Below, one piece after another: positions 52,405 to 64,000 of a stretch of DNA of 64,000 bases. A program made the translations under genes and the position numbers. Every line of letters begins with the position of its first letter. The stretch's first letter is position 1. The stretch comes from Antedon mediterranea. Taxonomy: Eukaryota; Animalia; Echinodermata. The notes under the pieces were generated by a model. The model was not told the DNA's origin. It made no database searches and saw only the letters and a list, made by a program, of their open reading frames with translations. The DNA lies in NCBI RefSeq assembly GCF_964355755.1, contig NC_092674.1, positions 26,970,001 through 27,034,000 of the forward strand, given 5' to 3'.

Positions 52405-52572
52405 AAGCCCTGTCTACACTATCGAACTTCATGTAACCAAAAAATGTGATGGGTTTATAAATCATATAGGCATGTATTGTCATATCACTGCCATATTTGG
52501 GCATATCACTATCATATTTATGTACATCACACTTTTTTTGTCAAACTAGTTTTATAGTGTAGACAGAGCTTT
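52405..52572. mobile_element. MITE family A copy
   Basis: AAGCCCTGTCTACACTATCGAAC ... GTTTTATAGTGTAGACAGAGCTT. Confidence 0.82.
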
Positions 52573-53285
52573 AGAAGTAATAACTTACAATAATGAATCT
52601 GAATCCTAATGCAGTTATTTTTACAAAAACTCTTCCATCGAGTGCATCCTACTCAAACGACCCGGATGTTAAGAAAATTTCGTACGGAACGATGACCATA
52701 TTCTAGTTCAATTAATTGAAATTGTTTTTCCAACAAGATTTAGTATCCCAATATAATAGATAAACACCTGGTTATTAAATCATATGTTTTTCTCTAAACA
52801 TCTGCCGTATAGGCCTACAAACACCTGAGTGAACTGTATGATTTAACAAAAAAAGCGAAAGATTATGCAATCTTCGGTGATCCGGTTGTTAATGTTGTTT
52901 TATTTATATATTAAAAAGAAGAAAAAAACACATGTTACGAGCCCCGAATCTCTTGATTATTAATTAAGATATTTACTTGCGCGTTCATAAGTGACCAATT
53001 CATCTTTGTACATTGTATATTATGTTTTGTTGGTAAATAATAAATGAAATGAAAGGCCTAGATTGTGCGCAATTCTATGACAGCTTCTTTTCCTTATGAA
53101 AGTTGTGCCAAATAATTAAGATGATTGCTTGAACCTAAAAAAAAATGTTTTAATTTGTCCCAAAATATTATTGTAGATTAATATTGATTTCATGTTTAAA
53201 AAAATAGCAGAATTTTAAAAATATGCGCGAAACGATTTAATAAAGCGCATGTGCAATGACCTTTCGTATTATTATCAACATCAAA

Positions 53286-53498
53286 ATGGCAGCTCAAAGA
53301 TTTCGGAATGTTTTGAAATATTGTGGCCTAGCGTTTAATCGCTTTCATGCTTCTGAATCGGGTAAAAAGGTATCAAAAATTGCAGTATGCAGTTTTTTCA
53401 CTACAAGTGGACTGTGGTGGCTACATAAGCACGGATATATCATGACTTTAGTAGCTCCAAAGCTACCCAGTGTTGCTGCCCTTGATGTAGAACGAAAG
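53286..53498 (+). CDS. First coding exon of a mitochondrially targeted protein, probably MICU2/MICU3 family (rest of gene not found in window)
   Basis: CAAAATGG start context. MAAQRFRNVLKYCGLAFNRFHAS.. is an Arg-rich, nearly acid-free presequence, followed by a hydrophobic stretch (IAVCSFFTTSGLWWL) and LPSVAA. Donor AAG|GTAGG at 53499. Identity inferred only from head-to-head position with FGF9/16/20. Confidence 0.6.
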
Positions 53499-54784
53499 GT
53501 AGGCGACTAAGACCCCTTAATCTCCGCTAGGATTTGACCCCAATCTGATGCTTGATTAGGCCTAGCCTAAAATCTTTTAAAACAACTCCGAAATGCTAAA
53601 ATTGCTTACATATACTAATAATTATTAAATGCATATGTCTATATATATATAACAGTTAACTAGGCTATCCAATTATTATTTCGGTTTAGGGCCTAATTCC
53701 TGTTTTGTGTACTTTTTAGTTTTAAATAGTATTTAATTTAGACAAAAAAGACACTTTATAGTTTGTGTTGTGACCATTGGAGGAGATGGATGGAATTTCT
53801 TTCCACCGTACCTATTATACATATTGTATTATTAAATACTATATCATCATGTGTTGCTCTCTACTAGATACTGTGTTTGATTGATGATGGCTTTAGCCAA
53901 CATGCTCAACCCCCTAGTAGCTAGTTTAGGTTTTGTTAAAAGAGTATTTATTTAAACAACATGCTTGATTTATGTGTACTGTAATGATCAACCTTCCTGA
54001 TTTAAATCTAAATAATGTTGATTCAATATATATATTATATTTCTCAAATAAAATTGAAATGAATTTCTTTGTAGGTGCTTATTTTGTGCTTGTTTGATTC
54101 TAACATACATTTAGATTTAATATCGTAAATGTTTATTTTTGGTGATTTTTTTAATATCTTCATTTATCAAATGTTATAGAGAAATAAACATTATATTATG
54201 ATCATCATTGAACATTTATCTAAATGACATCATTATATCAAACAGAGGTTTAATTGATTTAAACGTCAAACAAAGCTCTTTCCATTTTTTAGAAGCTTTG
54301 AAACTTTAAAAAAATGTTATCACAGGAATATAATTTTGACGGACGGAAACACCCCAATGTCTTCAACCTACTGTAGCTTGTCTGAAGCATAGCTTAATTG
54401 GCTTTCCACCCAACCTAATATCAACACAGCACCCATTCGTGTTTTTTCCATACCTATATAATTTGACACCATTCTACAGACTTTTCTAGATACTTGTATT
54501 CACCATATTCAGAATATAACTATGATCTTGATAAAACTTGGTGTTTTTTTTTTGGTTACCTTACAAAATGATTCACAAGAAATTAATTATTTATGCATAA
54601 TTTAGGTCAAATTCGTCAGCTGATTTTAGTATCAGTATTAATTTATAAAGTCTAAAGGGACCTGACCCCAGGTTTAAAACCAGTACAATTATTAAAAACG
54701 AAAGTAGTACCACAACCTGTTCCAACTTCAGGTAGCTAAATGTAAACGTTCATATTGTCTGTGAATTTAGATAACTGTAACATT

Positions 54785-55142
54785 GGTTACCTCTGTTCAG
54801 GGATACCTTAGGGGACACTTTGTGGGGTCTTGATGGTGTTCCCTGAATGGAGGTTAATACTGTATTACTACTGTCAGTATGTACAATCAATTAATATAAA
54901 TAAAGAAAAGTGTATTTTAAATCCGAGTCTCGAAGGTTCCACTGAATAGAGGTTATACTGTACTGTATACAGTATTACTAACTATCAGGATATACAGTAT
55001 ACAATCAATTAATATAAATAAAGTGTATTATAAATCAGATTCTTTGAGCAGTATAATACAGAGTAAATATTTAGACTTGGAAGTAATATTAAATTCTGCC
55101 CTTGATATTTCTTGATGGTGTCCCCCTAATGGGGGTTGCTGT
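54785..55142. mobile_element. Cluster of short Tc1-type MITE remnants (CCTCT.TTCAGGG..ACC / GGTGTCCCCTGAATAGAGG)
   Basis: Inverted pair within 54790-54862, with repeated right ends at about 54940, 55120 and 57100 ending in ACTGTA. Confidence 0.5.
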
Positions 55143-56209
55143 ACGCTGTTCAGTGTACATTAAAAAAACAATATACAGAATAGAGAAGTTTTAAGTACCG
55201 TATTATAAATTGGTTCATAAATTGAGATGAAGATTCAATATTTAGAGTTAATTTAATATTTATTTCAGTTTTAAGGAGACTCTTTTTTGGGTCGCTATAG
55301 TGGTTCTACACCTGTACTGTAAAAAAAGAAAAATTGTTATAAATCGAATTCATAAATTAAGTTATTGAATAGGGATTCTAAAACTGTACAGTTCACGCCT
55401 GTCCAATATACGTACAATCAATAAAGAAATAATAAAATCAGATTCTATAAAGATATTGATATTTTTTGGTATTCATACTTGTTCATGTCCTTGTTCAATT
55501 CATTTATTTATTCAACTTTTTACTAAAATGCATACAGAAAAGACAAAACACATATTAGTGAAAGATAGGACCAACACCTGTAAAACGATCCAGTCCCAAT
55601 TGCTCAATGAAAACGTATAAATAAAATTATAATAAATATATATAATGGCCTTTATATAGCATATATAGAAATTAGTGATCTTAAGCTGGCTTATATTTAC
55701 AGTCAATCCATTCTAACAACATTCTAAAAAGTTTTGACACAAGCTCCATTAAATCTATGATGTCTCAGATTTTAAATCTACTATTAGCTTCAGGTATTAA
55801 TATGATTACAAAGTAGTTTTTCCTGTCAGCTTTTCTATGATAAGAAATGTACTGTACATACCTATTGGACACATCCTATTAATCACAGGATGTATACAAC
55901 GTTATTAGGTATTACCAGAATGAGCTTTCTAAAGTTTGGAGAAAAATATTTAGCTGTTAATAATTTAATCAATTTATTTACAAATAATTTTGTACTCAGA
56001 TGTACAAAGTATAAAAGTTGATTATACTGACTGTAGAAAGTGTACAATGATATCATAAAATCATCTATAGTACAGTGTCATAATTTAGAACAAACTGTAC
56101 TGTAAACTATATTTTTCTTAACTGTATTTTTTTTTTAGTGTATTAATTTAGCATTTATACTACTAGTACTGTAATATCTTCATTTTGTTAGTTTTGGGAG
56201 ATTGGATGA

Positions 56210-56436
56210 AAAATCGAGAGGTCCCACCCAGAGAAATTGAGAGGCTCCCACCCAGAGAAATCGAGAGGCTCCCACCCAAAGAAATCGGGAAGGTCCCACC
56301 CAGAAAAATCAGGAGGCTCCCACAGAAATCAGTCGAGTCCCACCCAGAAAAATCGGGAGGGTCCCACAGAAATCAAGAGGGTCCCACGGATATTGGGAGA
56401 CTCCTATATAGAAATCGGGAGGGCTGGAACGTCTGA
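56210..56436. repeat. ~21-bp GC-rich minisatellite (GAGGGTCCCACCCAGAAAAATCG), likely a subterminal repeat of a DNA transposon
   Basis: About 9 degenerate copies, ending in GGGAGGGCTGGAACGTCTG. Confidence 0.8.
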
Positions 56437-57297
56437 TGTTTCTCTTTATACAGTCATTTTATATTCATGGTACAGTAGCTTGTGTTTCAATGTTACTACT
56501 CTGACCTAGCTCCTTCTTTAACTAGTTTAATAGTATGTCAAGAAACTTCCTGTAGAAACTTCAATTTTGTTGATTCCGCGTTTGGATCAAATTATCATTA
56601 ATTTGCAACACCCCGAGTGAGACACGCAATTCATGCAAAAGGCCTACTGTACACGTCATTATCGCTTCTCCAGAATCTCTCTTGATAATCTTAAATACTT
56701 CATTCTTTAACCAAATTTGAAAGTGCGTTCTTTGTTTGAGATGACTGGCTAAGAGCTACTTCCACTGATAACGGTAGTACTGTACAGTAGTTAAAAAAAC
56801 TAGTTTTAAAAACTAAAATATGCTGTACAATGCATTAACAAAAACAATAGCCTCCAAATTATGATTTCAAATGTATCAACTTTTCCTAATCAACTACTAA
56901 ACAAAATTTGAGCAGTAATTGGTTAGTAAAATTATAGTAAAACGCCAGTATAAAGAGGAAACCATAAGGACCCAAAAAAATGTACCTTATACAGTATTAC
57001 TGTATGCATGTCCCCTGCATACTGTACGGATTGGCTGTAGTGTTAAAACATATATTTCCTACTATTGATTTCACAGGCTGATTAAAAATGTCTCCTTAAT
57101 AGAGGTGTCCCCAGAACTGGGGTGTTCCAAAGGATCTACTAACTGCATATTAAAATATAAAAATAAGAATTTTTTTCTATTCAATATATCAAGTTTTATA
57201 TATTGATGTATTAATTAAATTAAATTTATATTTGAAATACTGTACTCTGATTTCTTAACAGTAATCACTCTTGTAAATATTAAACAAATACAAAATA

Positions 57298-59135
57298 GGG
57301 GAGGATGGGGTAACTGGTCCAATTAGTGACTTATCATAAAATAATTACAGCCAGTGGTAGTAAAACTTAATATAAATACCATGATTAGATGGTCTATATA
57401 CTTGGTTACTTATATCCAAAAGTTATTTTGGATTAATTATTTGGAATTAATTAATTTGAATTAATTTGTGACGACTGCTCTGCTGGACCACTTGCCCCGT
57501 CAGTGGGGTAACTGGACCAACATATAAAATACATAAAAAAACAATTTTTGATGACATCATATTGTCTTTTATTTATCATAACATATTTACAAAAGCAAAT
57601 CATGAACTGTAAATGACTTTTAATAAAATAATTACATATTTAAACTTCAATTTTTCATTTTTAAACATAGCTTTATCATACGCAAAGGTTTTTCACAGTA
57701 TTATTCATAGGGTTTTGACAATTGCAAGTTCATTCGATATTATCATCATCATACCCATATTCATTTATAAAGTTTGTGCAAATAAATTTATAAATCTGTC
57801 CTCTCCATGAAGTACATTCATCATGGTACCATGCACTACATGAGCGACATGATGTCCACGATTCATCGTCAAAATATGGCATGTTGCATTTTGCGCAAGT
57901 TTAGTGTCATCATCATCGCTATATTCACTCGCTGGCAATACAGGTCTGTTTGTCTGGTACACCATAGCGCTTTGCTGCTTCACAACTCAGTTCCCCATTC
58001 TTTGCTGTCTCCACTGCATTCACATTTTGACTCCATGTCCCATTTATTTTGGGCGCCCCATTTTGTGGGCTTGTATGTTCTAACCATACTGAAATATGTA
58101 TAGAAATTGTTTTAAATAATTAAAATTAATACATAAAACAAACAAAAAGATCATAATTAAATAATAATAATAATTCATAATTGCATATGACACCATAACT
58201 AATTGTTTTAGAGTGTTTTAATGTAAAGTTAAAGCCAAAAAATGGTTGGACCACTTACCCCAATACCCACTGGACCACTTACCCCAATAATTTTAACATG
58301 ATTAAAATATGACATTACAAATTCACTTTTTGGTAAAAACAATAAAAATGTATTTTCTATAGATGACTAACATACATATTTTAGTAGTTATTCATAATTA
58401 AACCTATTTATCTAATTAGATGGCAAGAATGACCGTTTTTACAGTTTAGCCTATTGTTTTTAATAGGCTGGCAGCCATATTGAAATTCACACTTTAGGGG
58501 TACATTAAACAGGGTACAAATCAAGCCTAAAATATGGAATTTTTAATACTAATTAAAGCAACAAGATCCACTCACATTAATTCTAACTAATTTATATTTT
58601 CTATTTATATAAAAATGTTAACAATAGAACAACAAATTAGGCCATTTAAGCAATATTAATAATGCCTATTGCACATAGATGCTGTTTTTGTACTGCCAGT
58701 TTTAAAAAATGAGGTCGTAAAAAAAATGATTCTGAACTATTTGGTCCAGCCACTTAATTAAACAAAGCGCCATTGATACAGGCACAACGCACACTGTCCG
58801 CTTTCTTTTTTTTCAAGCTACAAAATGTACTAGGCCTAGAATGATTTTTTAATCTTTAAAGTAGTTAAAAATCACTTTAAACTTACCTTCTTGAAACAAT
58901 CCTTCTAAGAGTGTATTTTTCAATAGATAACTGATAGACGAAAGTTGGAAAATTGCGATTTTGATAGGTAAACTAATGAGACAGCGTGCTAATTCTTGTA
59001 TAAAACAATAGAGAAGTAATTTATGTCAAAGTTCATAATAAAAAATATGGTCTATAGAGGGTAGTACAGCAGTAATTGAAGAAAAACTTAGCAATTGGAC
59101 CAGTTACCCCATGGACCACTTACCCCATCCTCCCC
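57298..59135 (-). mobile_element. Internally deleted pogo-like (Tc1/mariner superfamily) DNA transposon with HTH and PHD-finger remnants
   Basis: TA|GGGGAGGATGGGGTAACTGGTCCA ... TGGACCACTTACCCCATCCTCCCC|TA. Internal TGGACCACTTACCCC repeats. Minus strand: MVRTYKPTKW.. from 58087 and CAKC..WTSCRSCSAWYHDEC..FICTNF at 57900-57760. No DDE domain between them. Confidence 0.85.
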
Positions 59136-62100
59136 TACTGCTTGTATAAATATCTCAATGTTTTAGTATGGTAATTACTTTAAATTAAAATCTGCTTATT
59201 ATTTTTCAAAAAATAATTTTCGAATTTTCATTGACAACAGGAAATATATGGAAATCAAGGGTGCATCAAAATTCAGTATATGTTTCACATAAGCCAAACA
59301 TAATTATTTTTTTATCTGAAATTTAAATAAACATAATATATACTTCAACAACAGTGGTTAAAATAAATTATAGTTTGTAAAGCAAGTCAAGGGAACGTCA
59401 ATAGATAAGAAATAAGAATATCCGTTATGGTTTGAGTGAAGTGGTGACAGTTGGGCAAAATATTTTAAACAGATAAATAAAACAGGTCTTTAGAATTTAT
59501 TGAAGATTAAAATTATTTAAATTTTTACCACTATCAGCATTACAATTACATGTCAGCCATAACTTGATTTTAAAATAATACTTTTTTAAAAAGTCAGTCC
59601 AGATCTACAGTAACAGTAGGATTTTTAAATAGGACGACATGTGCCTAAAATTGTTGAAACTAGGTGCTGAATTTACTCCTATTGGGGATGAAGGGGTAGT
59701 CTGGCTGCTACCAACCCTTTCCCTAACTGGGCCTAAAAAAATATATTTTAGTAGTGTGTAGACCAGTCATTGCAGTATAATAACTGAATATTTCTTTATG
59801 TAAAATTTAAAAGATTGCATCCAAATGATCAGTTTTGGCAGTTTTTTGTCCAAAGGAGCAAAACCTTAATAATATACTGCAGTAAATGAGCTCACCTTCT
59901 CATACCAGTTTATTTTGTGTTCTATTTTACCTAATTGCTTTTCCTTTAGTCTGTCTATGGCATGGACTCTGGTGGTTGTGTCACCCAGCCTAAATGTACA
60001 GCTGTACATAGGCATTCCTTCACTTGCACATCCAAGGGAATGTTTTAAAATAGACAAATGTTTAAACGTGTTCATATCATATAATAACATCTGTTATCTG
60101 ATCGTTATAATAATCTGTTTTAGTTTGAGTAAATGCCAGATGAGAGCTATATATTTGAACTCCAACATGCTTATACAACATACTACACATGTGTTCATCG
60201 CTCTATGTGTGTTTTTAAATTTCAAAACTCGGGAGACATTTTTTATGATTGATTGGTACATGTACGCTATTTCTGGCTCCATATTAATTTTAATCTAAAT
60301 TATTATTTTAATTTTTCAGTTGATTGATATTGAGGTGCAAGATTGTAGTGTGTTTAGATGTACAAATTACAATCTGCAGTATTGTATGAAATGAATTTTG
60401 TATTGAGGGTGGGGAAGGTAATGTTCACACCACCACTAACATTACTGTACATTGTAGTGTGTCATACAAGGTAGCATTATTGTTGATTTTGTTTCTATGT
60501 GCATGATAAGTTTACTGGTTGAATGCAATTTATTATTATTATTTACTAAATCATTAAATCATTTTTAATAATATATCAACTGTTAAAAGCGGAAAAAATA
60601 ATATTTTATAACAATCTAACAACAGGACACTGAGCTTGACTTGCCAAGATATTATATCTGGCTGTGAAAAATATCAACATTGCTATACTATGTACATGTT
60701 CTCTGCAGCCACAGTGCCTGTGGCGTGGAACTGATTGTGTTGCAGCCGTAGATAAACCCCTTGATCTTCAGAGCTCAGCATCCTGTTTTTAGATTTCCTT
60801 GGTATAATCCCAACCTCTCTTTTTTGTTTTGCGAAATTACGTACCCAGGCCAGCTTGGACTATACTTTAGTCATATTGTGATACCTTGATCATGGGCGTG
60901 CACTGTCTCACCTAGTTTTTAAACAGTAGTGAGGATGACCTTTTGACCTGAAAGCCTTCCTGCAACCCTTACTGTAATAGGTTGTAAGTGTGTTACAAAA
61001 AAGACTGTCCATTTGCAGATCTGTTGTATGTTACAACTATTTATTGGACTTCCTCTGTACCTTGCACAGACTCGACCTCCTTCTATTCTAGGAATGAGGG
61101 AAAAGTGGTGGGGGTAGTTACAAAAGTATAAAGTATGAAGAAAACTAGGAGGAAACGGGAGGTAGACCAAAATATAATGTATAGTATGTTTTCATGCTTT
61201 TATAGATAATGTTATGTCTATCTATGTTGAAGAGTCTACTGTATGTTAAAATCAACCTTTGCATTTACCATGCATGATTTTTAGGTCATACAGTATGCAT
61301 GAATGGTTTTCAAAGCACTGATTTCATGCATGATTGATTTTGTGACATGGATGTTTGTTATGTCATGTCAATCTTTGGTGACATTTTGCAAGCATGTTAT
61401 TTTTGTCTGACAGTTATGTTTGAACTTAGTATAAAACGCTCATTCTAAGAATATTATACAGACGAGCAGGAAAATAGTATCATCTCCCTTTTGACAAATA
61501 TCCTTTACGGGTGACCTTTCATTAAGTCTAGGGTCATCTAAACTTTACCAGCAGTCCCATAGGACTAGGGTTGATGTGAGTAGAAGTCTGATGAATAAGG
61601 TGCTTGAGATGGCCTACTTGATATGTCTAAATAAAAAGTCCATTTCTTGTCTTCTCATGGTTTTATTCCAAAGTTTACAATCATATACTTTAAAATAAAA
61701 GTACCGGTAGTTTAAGCAACAGTCAGATCTGCCTCTTCTGTGATTGGTCAATGCATTACCTTTACATCTTTTTGTTGCGTCTTAGTGGGAACCGAACTTT
61801 AATATCTAATAGCACCAACCTGAAATGTGTTACTCTATCTCCTAAAAATCAAATGTATTCTTCCCTGTATGTACTTCCCTATAGCCATTTGTTAGGACAG
61901 AATTTTTTCCAAAAAAATGATTTTTTTTAAACCAATTTCACTATCAGGTTACAGAGAGGTCATCATGAATTCACTAATTAAATGATGCATGCTAAAATAA
62001 AACTGATATTTAGCTGTAAGTATCCCACAATGCAAAGTCTATGTTCATATTACGAGAGCGCTATGGTTATGTAACTTGATAATTGCATTTGCAAGTGTTT

Positions 62101-64000
62101 TAAGTCGTTTTTAGATTTCATTTTCAAAGTGCATAACATTGAACTCAGAATTAGTAAATCCAATGCTGATTTGATTATCCAGTTTCAAGTAGTCTTTTCC
62201 TTGGCTGTCAGAGAATTTTTATTTTACAGTACCAAAAAAAAATATTATTACAATTTTTGAATATTTGAATGATAGGTTAAGTACAGTGTTTAAAAATGGA
62301 GTAATAATAGTGGTTTGAGCATTATTTATTTGTTTTATAAAAGAGCTAAAAATATTCTTTTTTGACCAGACAATCCAACAAAAAAAATGTCTAGGATTTA
62401 AAGTAAGCTTTCCTGAGATTATCTAAATCGAAACGTTAATATTTAACAATTTACATATTTTTGTTCAATATCTTTGTAAAATTATGTAAACTTATAAATC
62501 GGAACAGTGAAATTCAGCAAATATTAAAGTAAATATTATAAATCCTAGGTTTTAAAGTTACAGGTAATAAAAAACGAGAAAAGATTTATATTTTTGTACA
62601 GCGCTTTGGTCACTGGGAAAAGTGCTATAAGTAACCATAATAATGTTATATGTAGTTTTACCTAAATCTCTCATAGACAACTTAAATTAGAAGTCCATTT
62701 TATGCCAAGATAAACCAACATAGGCCTTTGTCTTCCAAGGGAAGAATATATAACGTTTGTAACTACCACCACTGACTTTTATGTATAATTGGCTACTAGC
62801 TCCAGTAAATTTGAAGTTTCCCACAAAATTGTTGATCAACTTTTTTATCCTCTTTATTTAAAAGTTACTTCTGTTAATACTTTTATTTGAGTCTTTTATA
62901 AATAGGGCAAATTGTATACGTGAACACAAAGGGCAAGAATAAGACCTAATTCAACAGATAAAATACCAAGTTTTATTTAAGTTAATCTTAATCTTTACTT
63001 TATGTAGACATACAATGTGTTTTATATTTTCATCAATTTAAAGGTAGCCAGTTACATGCTATAATTTGCTTAAGTACTGGTGCATTTGACTTAACTCCAT
63101 ATGTCTTTAATTATATTGTAATAGCTTCCAAATACATAATATTTAAAATCAGTCTCTGAAACAAAGGTTTAGTTGTTATAGTAAACAAGAACACAAAGAG
63201 AATAAAGTTTGGAACGTGCAAAACGAGAATAGCTATACAATTGCCGATGTCTGGTGTATACCATTAATATATGGTTGAAATTAACCCTTAAAGCTAATTT
63301 TATTAACCCTTCGACCTCCGCTTAAGTAACATTAAAACTTACTTACATATATACAGACAGTACAAAACATTACATAGTTGTTGTAGTCCTATCGTTAGAT
63401 ACCGCAGGCGGTAGGATGTAAAAGAACTACATATAACTGCGGTGGGTAAAATACACTAGTATGTTAAGTACACTGGGGAATCCCTATAAAAGTTATATCA
63501 TCTGTTTACACTAAAGAGTTATGAGGAACGGATTTACCACACAAACACAGTATTAAAACAGTAGTAAAACAGGATTTTACAAGGTAAAGAAAAATAGTAA
63601 GGTCACCTCTACCAAAATCTATAGATTCATTTTTGTAAGATGAACTTGAAAGGAGGTCATTGAAAATATACAGTATTTTCGTGCATGGTTTTACTTTTTA
63701 ATTTTTAATCATAACAATTCTTATGTTGCTGAAGTATGACAATTGACATCAATTGGTAAAACAGTGTTGACTGGTTAGATATTTAACAAATATTTTTGTT
63801 TTGTTTGTTTGTTTTTTTTTTTATTTTATTCAATCAAAACCAACAGCGATAAATACCGCCACTAACAGGTTTGAAACATAAAACAATACAACATCAAAAA
63901 CGGTTAATTTGATATAAAACAAAGTTTTAGCAAAACTTTTTATTGAGTTAAAATCTTAAATATTAATAGAGGGCGATATAAAAAAATCACTCATGCATGT

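Noticed and set aside
56185-56509. Repetitive ORFs (PPREIERL / GSHPEKS)
   Set aside because: Translations of a 21-bp minisatellite, open in several frames, with no splice support.

Overview
AT-rich eukaryotic (invertebrate deuterostome-like, probably echinoderm; inferred) genomic DNA with spliceosomal GT-AG introns. Genes: a C1q/collagen (CTRP/adiponectin-like) gene (-, 1152-1871); UQCRQ (+, 2 coding exons, missed by the ORF track); a complete 24-exon phosphorylase kinase alpha gene PHKA (+, 4667-26356, ~1267 aa, ending in CaaX CKLS); a 3-exon FGF9/16/20-type gene (-, 50893-43280, 291 aa); and, head-to-head with it, the first exon of a mitochondrially targeted protein (+, 53286-53498), suspected from synteny to be MICU2/3. 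Introns and intergenic DNA hold many MITEs, Kolobok-like TTAA elements, a non-autonomous Helitron, a pogo-like element with HTH and PHD remnants, minisatellites, and Penelope-like retroelement fragments with inverted repeats and hammerhead ribozyme motifs. Most notable observations: an in-frame duplicated PHKA C-terminus directly behind a UAG-C stop (possible readthrough that would remove the farnesylation signal), sense-strand hammerheads inside and downstream of PHKA, probable duplicated cassette exons in PHKA, a dense T-box/TGTCA site cluster downstream of the FGF gene, and possible conserved FGF-MICU microsynteny. All calls were made by eye; no searches were run.
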